Source: an uncultured bacterium
GTDB taxonomy: Bacteria; Fidelibacterota; Marinisomatia; Marinisomatales; AB-629-J13
NCBI GenBank assembly: GCA_964575125.1
Contig: CAZNQF010000001.1
Span: 1-29,362 of the forward strand
Direction of reading: 5' to 3'
Length of the DNA: 29,362 nucleotides
Shown: positions 9,380-17,871 of the stretch, one piece after another
Layout: each line of letters begins with the position of its first letter
Numbering within the stretch: the stretch's first letter is position 1
Position numbers and translations under genes: made by a program
Notes under the pieces: generated by a model
Databases searched by the model: none
Told to the model about the DNA's origin: nothing
Seen by the model: only the letters and a program-made list of their open reading frames with translations

Positions 9380-11467
9380 TTATATAGCTGAAAATAAATT
9401 TATTGGATTATAGTTAATTGAAATACTCCAATATCGTCCCGGTTCTGAATAATCTGGAAGAGAACGGATATCCTCATTGAATATATTATTAATAACAAAT
9501 TCCAATTTTAAATTGGAATTAAAATTTGATAAAATATAACCGATATTCAAGTCAAACCGAATAAAAGCACCCATATGTTTATCTATATCTAGAAATCCTA
9601 AATTCTCATTATATTCAATAGAAGCATACGGTCGCTTTCCACAGTAGTAAACTAGTCCGTTTATGGATATTTTGTTTAATGTAATGACTGTATTTACAGA
9701 GCTTTGAAAAAAAGGAATGTGATTTAAGGGTTTTTTTGTTTGTATATCTCTAGTTTTAAAAAAATTTGCATTCCATCCAAACGTACCAGGAAACCAATTT
9801 GAACTATGTTCCCCGGACAATACAATTGATAATCGTTTTGCTGACGCAATATTCTCTGGAGACCAAATCCCCGATTCTACTTCAGCCCATTGAATTAAAT
9901 TTTTTGTTAATCGATTTGTAACACGTAGCTGAAAAATTCCAATTTGGGAGAGTGATTTTGTCCAATCTAAGGAAACCATTTGAGTTTGTTCCCCTTCTAA
10001 ATTTATATTCCCCTTTTCATACACTCCTTCGGGCCAAAACAAGTCATTTAATGTGGGCTCACGAAAAGCAGTTCCACCAGATATACGAATGTGTTCATTA
10101 TTTGTTTTTTGAAACGTGTATCTTAAATCTCCTGTCCAATGTTCATGGTCTCCGGGTGAAATATCAATTCTTATTGTGGGTGTTAATTTTATTTTTTCAG
10201 ATACTTTCCATAACCCTCGCGTTATAAGAGATTGAAAGGAACGTATATGGTCTCCGACATCTGTACTCATAATACTTTCCTCCTTCAATTCCAATAATGT
10301 TTGACTCAAAAAATTTGGATAGTAGCGCTGAACCAAGTTGAGATGAATAGTTTTAGTCTGAGGTTTGTGCTCGCTATCAATAGGCCAATCTGGATTTCCA
10401 TCCTTATAAGTTTGTATGTTTTTAAATTGAGATAAGGTTATGCCCAAATGACCATCATTTTTTAAATAAACAGCACTTAACTTACCAAGTATCAAATCAT
10501 CGTTTCTTCTTGCAAAATGAGAGGGACTGGATTCTGATCCAGCAATGCCTCTAGCAGATATTGTTTTCAGAGCTAATGCAGAAATTTGAGCCTGTTGGCC
10601 AATATGAAATTCTGATTTAATCATTCCAAATGTTTGTTTAAAATCATTATTTTCTTTTTTAATGGGTCCGTTGTGACTATCAATTAAATAGTTCCCATTA
10701 TCCTTCATAATTCCAGTGTTTAAAGATAATTTGAATGGAGCATCTACAAATGAAAGCTTCAAATGAGTTTGTCTATAACCAAAATCACCAGCAGAAATTT
10801 TGATTTGATTATCGTATGAACTTGAGCTGTTTAAATTAATAGCCCCATCGATTGCACCAGAACCGAAATACACACCGGATGTCGGAAACAAAGTTATTTG
10901 ATGGATAAGAGTTTCTGGAATTAAAGTCAAGTCAGTTATCCCAAGTTGTGGATCAGTAATTGGGATGTTTTCAAAAAGAATCTTTGTATGAACAGGCTGC
11001 CCACCATCAAAAATAAGACTTTGATTCCCAGCTCTTCCTCCATATGAATTCAATCCTAATCCTGGTAAATACCCTGGTAAATACCCTGGTTGGGATTTGT
11101 TTATTATTATAGTTTTTTCTGGTAAATCAAAGGGATAAAAAGATTCTTCAACTGTGACTGATGCTAATGTAAGTGTTTCTGACTGCATTATATATGTTTG
11201 TGAATAATTTTGCGAAACGATAAAAAATGATGATTTATATCCAAGTCTCTTAATAAATAATGTATCACCTATCACGGTGTTAAAATTATGAGAAAATAAT
11301 CCATTTTGATCAGATACCGTCCAATTGGATTTACTACTGTCTGTTATCACAGCATAGCTAATAGGTTCCCCATTTGATGATTGAAGATATCCAACTTTTA
11401 TTTTAGCAAATGAAATCGCTAATAATAAAAAATACCAAAAAAAAATATTTTTAAAAAGTGTAGGCAT
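9380..11467 (-). CDS. btuB: TonB-dependent receptor, probable cobalamin importer (BtuB-like)
   Basis: Signal peptide, CarboxypepD_reg-like N-domain, plug motifs (SYGG, GSGAIDGAINL), barrel motifs (GTAFREPTLNDLFW, GNINLEGE, INNIFNE, PGR). Lies directly downstream of a cobalamin riboswitch and has a GGAGG RBS. Confidence 0.85.
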   Translation of the reverse strand: MPTLFKNIFFWYFLLLAISFAKIKVGYLQSSNGEPISYAVITDSSKSNWTVSDQNGLFSHNFNTVIGDTLFIKRLGYKSSFFIVSQNYSQTYIMQSETLTLASVTVEESFYPFDLPEKTIIINKSQPGYLPGYLPGLGLNSYGGRAGNQSLIFDGGQPVHTKILFENIPITDPQLGITDLTLIPETLIHQITLFPTSGVYFGSGAIDGAINLNSSSSYDNQIKISAGDFGYRQTHLKLSFVDAPFKLSLNTGIMKDNGNYLIDSHNGPIKKENNDFKQTFGMIKSEFHIGQQAQISALALKTISARGIAGSESSPSHFARRNDDLILGKLSAVYLKNDGHLGITLSQFKNIQTYKDGNPDWPIDSEHKPQTKTIHLNLVQRYYPNFLSQTLLELKEESIMSTDVGDHIRSFQSLITRGLWKVSEKIKLTPTIRIDISPGDHEHWTGDLRYTFQKTNNEHIRISGGTAFREPTLNDLFWPEGVYEKGNINLEGEQTQMVSLDWTKSLSQIGIFQLRVTNRLTKNLIQWAEVESGIWSPENIASAKRLSIVLSGEHSSNWFPGTFGWNANFFKTRDIQTKKPLNHIPFFQSSVNTVITLNKISINGLVYYCGKRPYASIEYNENLGFLDIDKHMGAFIRFDLNIGYILSNFNSNLKLEFVINNIFNEDIRSLPDYSEPGRYWSISINYNPINLFSAI
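11061..11090. repeat. 12-bp tandem repeat x2.5 (CCTGGTAAATAC) encoding PGYLPGYLPG
   Basis: Exact copies at 11061-11072 and 11073-11084, plus CCTGGT at 11085-11090. Confidence 0.9.
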
Positions 11468-11473
11468 AAAACC

Positions 11474-11491
11474 TCCGAAATCTATTTCGGA
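11474..11491 (-). promoter_or_regulatory. RBS-sequestering hairpin of the btuB leader
   Basis: Minus strand TCCGAAA-TAGA-TTTCGGA forms a perfect 7-bp stem that overlaps the GGAGG at 11472-11476. Confidence 0.7.
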
Positions 11492-11549
11492 AAAAGGAAG
11501 ATATACTGAAAGATTCCATAACCTTTATCCCGAAAGTATGAATAACAAT

Positions 11550-11760
11550 CCTTTGGCCCAGGTTTCCTGACTCCCGAATTATTAGAGTTATCAGCCTTCT
11601 CATCCTGATTTATAAGAACAATGACACGATAGAAAACTCTCAGCGGTTACAGTAGCGGGGACTGTGTCCGATTTTCACGGACTTCCCTGTTGCAATCAGA
11701 TTAAATTAGTTTTAAATAACTTGAAGAATTTTAATTGATTAATTATGATTAATCCAAATA
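11550..11760 (-). promoter_or_regulatory. Cobalamin riboswitch (AdoCbl class with P8-P12 accessory region)
   Basis: Minus strand reads AGGGAA, then GTCCG-TGAAAAT-CGGAC (P4 T-loop), then ACAGT-CCCCGCT-ACTGTAA, GTCATTG...TGAGAAGG and B12 box GAGTCAGGAAACCTG. AGAGTT/AACTCT and TATC/GATA stems are present. The 5' boundary is estimated from a TTTGG/CCAAA P1. Confidence 0.95.
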
Positions 11761-11916
11761 TATAATCAGTTTTACAGTGAAAGATTCTGTAACGAAAACA
11801 ATCAGAAAGGTGATTATTAACCTTCCTTATAGCTGTTATCCCTCTTCCTCATTATAATATATGATTATCAATTTATTAGATTCAAGACAAGGACACTGTT
11901 CAATTTTCATTGTTAT

Positions 11917-12726
11917 TTAAAAATTAGGACCTGTGTGAGTACCAGTAATTTTATCAGTTAAATAATCATATGCCTCAGTTACCGAGTCACAAATTAAAAA
12001 CAATTTTAAATCTTTTTTAGAAATGGTTCCTACCTTTACCAAATAATCCCAATTAACAATATTTTCCCAAAATTCCTTTCCATATAGAACAATAGGAATT
12101 GTTTTTTTTATTTTTTTGGTTTGAATCAAAGTCAGTATTTCAAACAACTCATCCAGAGTACCAAAACCACCAGGGAAAGCGACCAAAGCTTTTGCTAAAT
12201 AAGACATCCAAAATTTTCTCATAAAAAAATAATGAAACTCTATATCAAGATCTGGTGTAATCCATTTATTTATGGATTGTTCATGGGGAACCGTAATATT
12301 TAATCCAATAGCTAATCCTTTTGCTTCTGAAGCTCCTCTATTTGCGGCTTCCATAATGCCAGGGCCACCACCTGATGTAATAATATACCGGTGCTTGGAG
12401 TTTTTAAGTCTTTTGCTCCATTTTGTTAATTGTTTTGCAAGCAATCTTGCATCTTCATAAAATCTGCTCATTTGTAAATTTTGTTCCAAGTCTCTCTTTT
12501 TTTTGTATCCAATATTTTTAGGGCTACTTTTAAAATCATTTTTAGCCTCTTTTGGAGATTTAATCCTTGCACTTCCAAAAAACACAATGGTATCCTCTAT
12601 CTTGTTATTAATAAACTGCCTTTGTGGGCCTAAATATTCAGTGATAATTCGAACGCTTCTTGCCTCTGGACTTTTGAGAAAATTGGGGTTTTTAAAAAAT
12701 TGTTTATTTTTTTGATTATTTTTCAT
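11917..12726 (-). CDS. LOG-family nucleotide phosphoribohydrolase (TIGR00730-like)
   Basis: TIVFFGSARI, SGGGPGIMEAANRGA, HYFFMRK and PGGFGTLDE (PGGxGTxxE) motifs. The ATG at 12726 is preferred over the upstream start in the ORF track. Confidence 0.9.
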   Translation of the reverse strand: MKNNQKNKQFFKNPNFLKSPEARSVRIITEYLGPQRQFINNKIEDTIVFFGSARIKSPKEAKNDFKSSPKNIGYKKKRDLEQNLQMSRFYEDARLLAKQLTKWSKRLKNSKHRYIITSGGGPGIMEAANRGASEAKGLAIGLNITVPHEQSINKWITPDLDIEFHYFFMRKFWMSYLAKALVAFPGGFGTLDELFEILTLIQTKKIKKTIPIVLYGKEFWENIVNWDYLVKVGTISKKDLKLFLICDSVTEAYDYLTDKITGTHTGPNF

Positions 12727-12927
12727 ACGTATTTCTATTTTATTAAGTGTACTAATCCTAATATATAAATTAAACAAAAAAAGATTTATCTGAATAAAAA
12801 TTAAATTACTCGAAAAAAGTATACTATAACTTCTTAAACATTTTAATTAATTTAATTTTATTGATATTATGGGAGTTGGAGTGAATACTATAAAATTCTA
12901 ATTTCTTTTCTTTATTATGATAAAAAA

Positions 12928-13587
12928 TTGCTCAAAATAGCACCCTCTATATTATCTGCTGATTTTTCTGATTTACGTTCTGCATTAAAAATATGTAGCT
13001 CTGGTAAAGCTGATTATGTTCACATTGATGTTATGGATAATCATTTTGTCCCTAATTTGACAATCGGACCAGTGGTGGTAAAATCTTTAAGATCGGTATC
13101 TCAATCTTATTTTGATGTACATTTAATGGTTACAAATCCTGAAAATATTATTGACGCTTTTTCAAAAGCAGGAGCAAATGGAATTACTTTCCATATTGAA
13201 GCATCTGAAAAACCAGATGAGTTGATAGATAAAATTAAGTCAAAGGGTAAAGATGTTGGGATATCTGTAAAACCTCAGACCCCTCTTGAAACTATCCTTC
13301 CGTTTATAAATAAAATTGATCGTGTGCTAATCATGAGTGTGGAGCCTGGATTTGGGGGACAAAAGTTTATTAAATCATCCTTAAAAAAAATTAATACTCT
13401 TCGAAATCTCTTAATTCAATATAATCGAAACAACAAAGTTGAAATTGAAGTAGATGGCGGAATTAAAATAGAAAATGCAAAATCTGTTATTGATGCAGGG
13501 GCAAATGCAATTGTTGTGGGATCAGGAATTTTTAAAGCGTCTGATCCTGAAAAACAGATAAAAGCATTTAAACAATTGGGTAATTAA
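12928..13587 (+). CDS. rpe: Ribulose-phosphate 3-epimerase
   Basis: IAPSILSADF, HIDVMDNHFVPNLTIG, DVHLMV, MSVEPGFGGQKF, EVDGGI. Confidence 0.97.
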   Translation: MLKIAPSILSADFSDLRSALKICSSGKADYVHIDVMDNHFVPNLTIGPVVVKSLRSVSQSYFDVHLMVTNPENIIDAFSKAGANGITFHIEASEKPDELIDKIKSKGKDVGISVKPQTPLETILPFINKIDRVLIMSVEPGFGGQKFIKSSLKKINTLRNLLIQYNRNNKVEIEVDGGIKIENAKSVIDAGANAIVVGSGIFKASDPEKQIKAFKQLGN

Positions 13588-15620
13588 TGAAAACATATCA
13601 TGATATAGATTCATTTCACGACTGGAGCAAAGAAGAAAAAGATATATATTCTATTCGAGTGATTAAAGGACTAATCTTGGATGGTGTTAGAAAAGCAAAT
13701 TCTGGTCATTCAGGGGGTCCACTTTCCTCTATTGATTTTGCCTTTATACTTTACACAGAGTTTTTAAATTTCGATCCCAAGGATTATAGTTGGTTTAATA
13801 GGGATAGATTTGTTCTTTCGGCAGGGCATGAGTCTATGCTATTATATACCTTCTTAACTTTAATCGGTTGGCTTTCATTGGATGATTTAAAGCAATTTCG
13901 TCAGCTAAACAGTAACACTCCTGGGCATCCTGAAGTTCATATCCCAGGAGTTGAAGCAACAACCGGTCCCTTAGGACAAGGTGTTGGGATGGGAATCGGG
14001 ATGGCCACAGCAGAACAATTATTTAAAAATATCTGCAAATTGCATACAGGTGAAGATACTTCATTTCTTTCTCATCGTACCTACGTTTTATGTAGTGATG
14101 GAGATCTACAAGAACCCGTAGCTTTAGGAGCTGCAAGCTTAGCTGGGCATTGGAACTTGAAAAAGTTAACAATGTTTTATGATGCAAATGATGCCCAAAT
14201 ATCAGGCAAAGTATCTAGAGTAGATTCAACTGATTATATTTCTGTGTTTGAGGGGTTTGGTTGGCATGTGCAATGTATAGATGGTCATAATCATGAAGAA
14301 ATTAGGAATTCAATTCAAAAAGCTCATGTTATAGATAAACCAAGTTTAATAATTGGAAAAACTAAAATAGCGCATGAAACTGCGAACATGGAAGGTGACC
14401 ATGAAACTCATGGAATGCCATTACCTTTTGAAGAAATTGATGAGACTAAAAAGAAATTAGGTCTGCCTTCAGAAACTTTTTATCTGCCGGATGGAGTCCT
14501 AGATTATTTTCAAACTAGGTTTGCAACATTAATTGAAGCAAGGAAAGAATGGAATGACAAATTAAATATCACTTTGAGTAATCCTTCTTTTAAAATATTT
14601 TGGAATACAACATTAAATCATCAACTTCCGGAATTGATTTATCCTGACTTTGATCGAGGTACTTCAATTGCTACAAGAAAAGCTTTTGGAATTACATTAG
14701 ATAAATTTTCAGAACAACTACCTCATCTTGTAGGAGGATCAGCTGATTTGGAACCCTCCAATTATACAACAAATTTTGCAAATAGGTATGGTGATTTTTC
14801 ACAATCAAATTTAAGCGGTCGAAATCTTGCGTTTGGTGTCCGAGAATTTCCTATGAGTACAATTTGTAATGGTATTTCTCTTCACGGAGGGTTAATACCA
14901 TTTGGAGGAACCTTTCTAGTCTTTTCAGATTATTCAAGACCTGCAATTCGCTTGTCAGCCATTCAAGAAACACAAGTTATCTATGAATTTACACATGATT
15001 CATTTTATGTAGGTGAGGATGGACCAACACATCAGCCCATAGAACACATTATGAGTTTAAGAGCAATCCCCAATTTGAATGTATATCGTCCTGCAGATGC
15101 AAATGAAACTGCAGTATCAATGGAGTGTATACTTAATGATAATTCAATGCCAAGTGTGATTTTACTGAGCAGACAGGGATTACCTCAATTAGATTTAGAT
15201 TTGACACTTATAAAAAATGGGGTTCGTTCAGGTGGATATATTTTAGATGACTGTGATGGAGAGCCCGATCTAATTTTTATAGCCACAGGATCTGAAGTCT
15301 CCCTATGCCTTGATGTAAAGTCAGGATTAAAAAATTTTAAATCTAGAGTTGTGAGCATGCCATGTTTGGAACGGTTTTTTCAATTAGATAAAAATGAAAG
15401 AGAAAAAATAATCCCCACCAAAAAGGGGGTCAGAATTTCAATTGAAGCTGGCGTAACAATGGGATGGGAAAAGCTAACTGGGACGGATGGATTAAATATT
15501 GGAATAGAACATTTTGGATCCTCTGCACCTCAAAAAGATTTAGAGAAAGAGTTTGGCTTTACATCTGAAAATATTAAAAACTTAATAAGAGAACATATTC
15601 AAAAAGTTACGCTAAGGTAA
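13587..15620 (+). CDS. tkt: Transketolase
   Basis: ANSGH, RDRFVLSAGH, TPGHPE, TTGPLGQG, FGVREF, THDSFYVGEDGPTHQP. TAATG overlap with rpe. Confidence 0.97.
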   Translation: MKTYHDIDSFHDWSKEEKDIYSIRVIKGLILDGVRKANSGHSGGPLSSIDFAFILYTEFLNFDPKDYSWFNRDRFVLSAGHESMLLYTFLTLIGWLSLDDLKQFRQLNSNTPGHPEVHIPGVEATTGPLGQGVGMGIGMATAEQLFKNICKLHTGEDTSFLSHRTYVLCSDGDLQEPVALGAASLAGHWNLKKLTMFYDANDAQISGKVSRVDSTDYISVFEGFGWHVQCIDGHNHEEIRNSIQKAHVIDKPSLIIGKTKIAHETANMEGDHETHGMPLPFEEIDETKKKLGLPSETFYLPDGVLDYFQTRFATLIEARKEWNDKLNITLSNPSFKIFWNTTLNHQLPELIYPDFDRGTSIATRKAFGITLDKFSEQLPHLVGGSADLEPSNYTTNFANRYGDFSQSNLSGRNLAFGVREFPMSTICNGISLHGGLIPFGGTFLVFSDYSRPAIRLSAIQETQVIYEFTHDSFYVGEDGPTHQPIEHIMSLRAIPNLNVYRPADANETAVSMECILNDNSMPSVILLSRQGLPQLDLDLTLIKNGVRSGGYILDDCDGEPDLIFIATGSEVSLCLDVKSGLKNFKSRVVSMPCLERFFQLDKNEREKIIPTKKGVRISIEAGVTMGWEKLTGTDGLNIGIEHFGSSAPQKDLEKEFGFTSENIKNLIREHIQKVTLR

Positions 15621-15624
15621 AAAA

Positions 15625-16068
15625 ATGATTATCCACTTAGCTACTGATCATGCAGGATTTGAATTAAAAGAATATATTAAACTATATTTGTCAGAAAATG
15701 GTCATAAAATTTCAGATCATGGTGCTTATGAATTTATAAAATCAGACGATTATCCTGATTTTATTTTCCCAGCCGCCAAAGCGGTATCAAAAGATATAGA
15801 TTCGCGTGGAATAATTTTTGGTGGTTCTGGCCAGGGTGAGGCAATGGCAGCAAACAGATTGAATGGAGTTAGAGCAACCGTTTACTACGGAGGGAATGAT
15901 GATATCCCACAGTTATCCCGACAACACAATAATTCAAATATTTTATCTATCGGAGCAAGATTTGTAACTTTTGAGGAAACAAAAAAAATTATTAATATTT
16001 GGCTTAAAGCTCCTTTTGAAGGAGGAAGACATAAAGATAGAATCCAAAAATTGGATAAATTAACTTAA
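15625..16068 (+). CDS. rpiB: Ribose-5-phosphate isomerase B
   Basis: DHAGFELKE, DDYPD, GSGQGEAMAANR, SRQHNNSNIL, FEGGRH. Confidence 0.93.
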   Translation: MIIHLATDHAGFELKEYIKLYLSENGHKISDHGAYEFIKSDDYPDFIFPAAKAVSKDIDSRGIIFGGSGQGEAMAANRLNGVRATVYYGGNDDIPQLSRQHNNSNILSIGARFVTFEETKKIINIWLKAPFEGGRHKDRIQKLDKLT

Positions 16069-16170
16069 TATCCCACCATTGTGTAAAACTGAATTAAATT
16101 TGACGATATTTATTATTAATTAATCTAACCATTTTATAAATAAACCGGACAAATACTTTATTAAAGTTTT

Positions 16171-17496
16171 ATGAGTTTACATCAAATTCAAACAGGAACC
16201 CAAGTAACTATCCGCTCAACAGGAGACAGCGGTTTAATAAAAGAAGTTTTTTATTTCCCAACTATGTACAACGTCGAAATGAAAAATGGAGAGGTTGAAA
16301 AATTTACAACTCATCAAATTGAAATAGACGGAATTCAGAGGGAAAACCCTGGTATAATTGAAGAAGCAAATTTAAACACTCTGGATTCAGGAAAATCTTA
16401 TGACTTAGGCTTGTTTAATGTTAAAACTGTTGTCTGGCAAGAAATCTCGGCACAAAAAACAGAAATATGGAAGCGTTTGATTTCTTTAAAAGATTATCAC
16501 TTATGGTATCCAGGAATTCAGCGGATATTACCATTGAATGATATGGGAAGATATGTTCATCAATATTCATTTGATCAATTTAATCTGAAGCCGGGGAGCC
16601 ATATTAGAACAAGAAGCAATTCACTTCTCCCATTTTTAAATGGTAGAATTGTTGATATTAAAAATGAGGAATTGTTCAGTTTGTCACTAAAAATAAATCC
16701 ACTATTAAATGAATTAGTAAAGTTTGAATTAAACAAAAAAGATGATAAGGTATTATTATCTTGCACCAGATCATACCAAGGGCTATTCTCATTACTTGGT
16801 TATTTAGGGTTTCATAAAAATACATCATTATTATTAAAAGATTTTCAGAATTTATTTTTTCCAAGTATACTTGTGGATGAAATTGTTAAGGAAGAAAAAA
16901 TTGATGAAGATGAAGCCATGCCTAAAATGGATAGAGAAACAACAATTGCATATGGTGTTAATAAAGCTATGACAGGAGATATGGAATTTATCAATTCCAT
17001 TCCAGATAAACCCACAAGAGGTCTTGCAAAAGCTGCACTTGTTAAAGCAAAAAGGACCGGGATTGTACCTCCAATGCCAAAAATAAATCCTGAAAAAATA
17101 TCAAAAACTTTAACAAAGGCCAAATCAAGCTCAAATGGAATTCCAGTGTTTGAAGATGAGCAAGATTTAATTCACTATGCGGTAAACAAAGCACTCGATG
17201 GAGAAATGGACGTGATTAATTCTATTGAAGAAAAGCCTATTCGTGGTAAAGCAAAAGCAATGATGGTAAAATGCAAAAGAACAGGTGAACGTCCACCCAT
17301 GCCTGAAATTAATTTGAAAACTAAATTAAATACTTCAGAAGTAGAAAAAGTAGAACCTGAGGAAGAATTGATAACCCGTTTAGTCGCTGATGGTGTGAAA
17401 GGAATTATGGATGAAATTAATGCTCTTGATAATAGGGTGCTTAGAGGAAAAATTAAAGCATCTATTGTAAGAGAAAAAAGGAAAGGGAATGGATAA
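16171..17496 (+). CDS. Hypothetical modular protein: SH3-like N-domain, START/SRPBCC-like domain and 3 C-terminal repeats
   Basis: 441-aa ORF. The middle region has an SRPBCC-like pattern (EISAQKTEIWKRLISLKDYHLWYPGI). The internal repeats are directly visible. Confidence 0.75.
   Translation: MSLHQIQTGTQVTIRSTGDSGLIKEVFYFPTMYNVEMKNGEVEKFTTHQIEIDGIQRENPGIIEEANLNTLDSGKSYDLGLFNVKTVVWQEISAQKTEIWKRLISLKDYHLWYPGIQRILPLNDMGRYVHQYSFDQFNLKPGSHIRTRSNSLLPFLNGRIVDIKNEELFSLSLKINPLLNELVKFELNKKDDKVLLSCTRSYQGLFSLLGYLGFHKNTSLLLKDFQNLFFPSILVDEIVKEEKIDEDEAMPKMDRETTIAYGVNKAMTGDMEFINSIPDKPTRGLAKAALVKAKRTGIVPPMPKINPEKISKTLTKAKSSSNGIPVFEDEQDLIHYAVNKALDGEMDVINSIEEKPIRGKAKAMMVKCKRTGERPPMPEINLKTKLNTSEVEKVEPEEELITRLVADGVKGIMDEINALDNRVLRGKIKASIVREKRKGNG
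16927..17487 (+). repeat. Three copies of a ~45-55-aa protein repeat (16927-17088, 17149-17313, 17353-17487)
   Basis: TIAYGVNKAMTGDMEFINSIPDKPTRGLAKAALVKAKRTG / LIHYAVNKALDGEMDVINSIEEKPIRGKAKAMMVKCKRTG / LITRLVADGVKGIMDEINALDNRVLRGKIKASIVREKRKG align without gaps. Confidence 0.9.
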
Positions 17497-17527
17497 AATT
17501 ATTAGTTTTTTCGTATATTAAATTCTG

Positions 17528-17629
17528 ATGTCAGAGTCAAATCATTATAACCGAATTCAAATCATTTCAATGGTTGCATGCACCATACTTATGATTGGGT
17601 ATATTCTTATTGTTTCTTATGTATTCTAG
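17528..17629 (+). CDS. Putative 33-aa single-TM microprotein (not in ORF track)
   Basis: My translation: MSESNHYNRIQIISMVACTILMIGYILIVSYVF*. One hydrophobic helix; it ends 2 nt before the next ATG. Confidence 0.5.
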   Translation: MSESNHYNRIQIISMVACTILMIGYILIVSYVF

Positions 17630-17631
17630 TA

Positions 17632-17799
17632 ATGTTTGATTGGCTTACAATGCACTGGCTAATGGAAAATTTAGGCTGGATTATCACATGCTTGCTAATC
17701 TCGCTAAGTCTTCTTTTCTTTTTTCCTATTTTACTTGGATTGCAGTTAAAAGATGAGACTCATAAAGAGAATAAAGATAGTTTTAAAAAAAACTCATAG
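17632..17799 (+). CDS. Putative 55-aa single-TM protein
   Basis: MFDWLTMHWLMENLGWIITCLLISLSLLFFFPILLGLQLKDETHKENKDSFKKNS*. TM helix followed by a charged tail. Confidence 0.6.
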   Translation: MFDWLTMHWLMENLGWIITCLLISLSLLFFFPILLGLQLKDETHKENKDSFKKNS

Positions 17800-17871
17800 A
17801 AATTCAATTGTATACTCTTACGAAAATATTTTAATTTTTACTTTTATTTAGATAAAACTAATCTTCTATTA

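Noticed and set aside
11861-11870. TGATAATCAT Fur-like core upstream of the B12 receptor
   Set aside because: Only about 12 of 19 bases match the consensus, the flanks do not match, and the background is very AT-rich.
11836-11910. 24-aa minus-strand ORF MKIEQCPCLESNKLIIIYYNEEEG after the LOG gene
   Set aside because: It is very short, has no RBS or recognisable motif, and lies in the likely promoter region of the riboswitch leader.
12727-12777. N-terminal extension of the LOG protein in the ORF track
   Set aside because: The 17 extra low-information residues fall in an AT-rich divergent intergenic region; ATG 12726 fits better.
17578-17631. Longer 73-aa version of the small TM protein given in the ORF track
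   Set aside because: The extension overlaps the out-of-frame 33-aa ORF. The ATG at 17632, 2 nt after that ORF's stop, is the more natural start.
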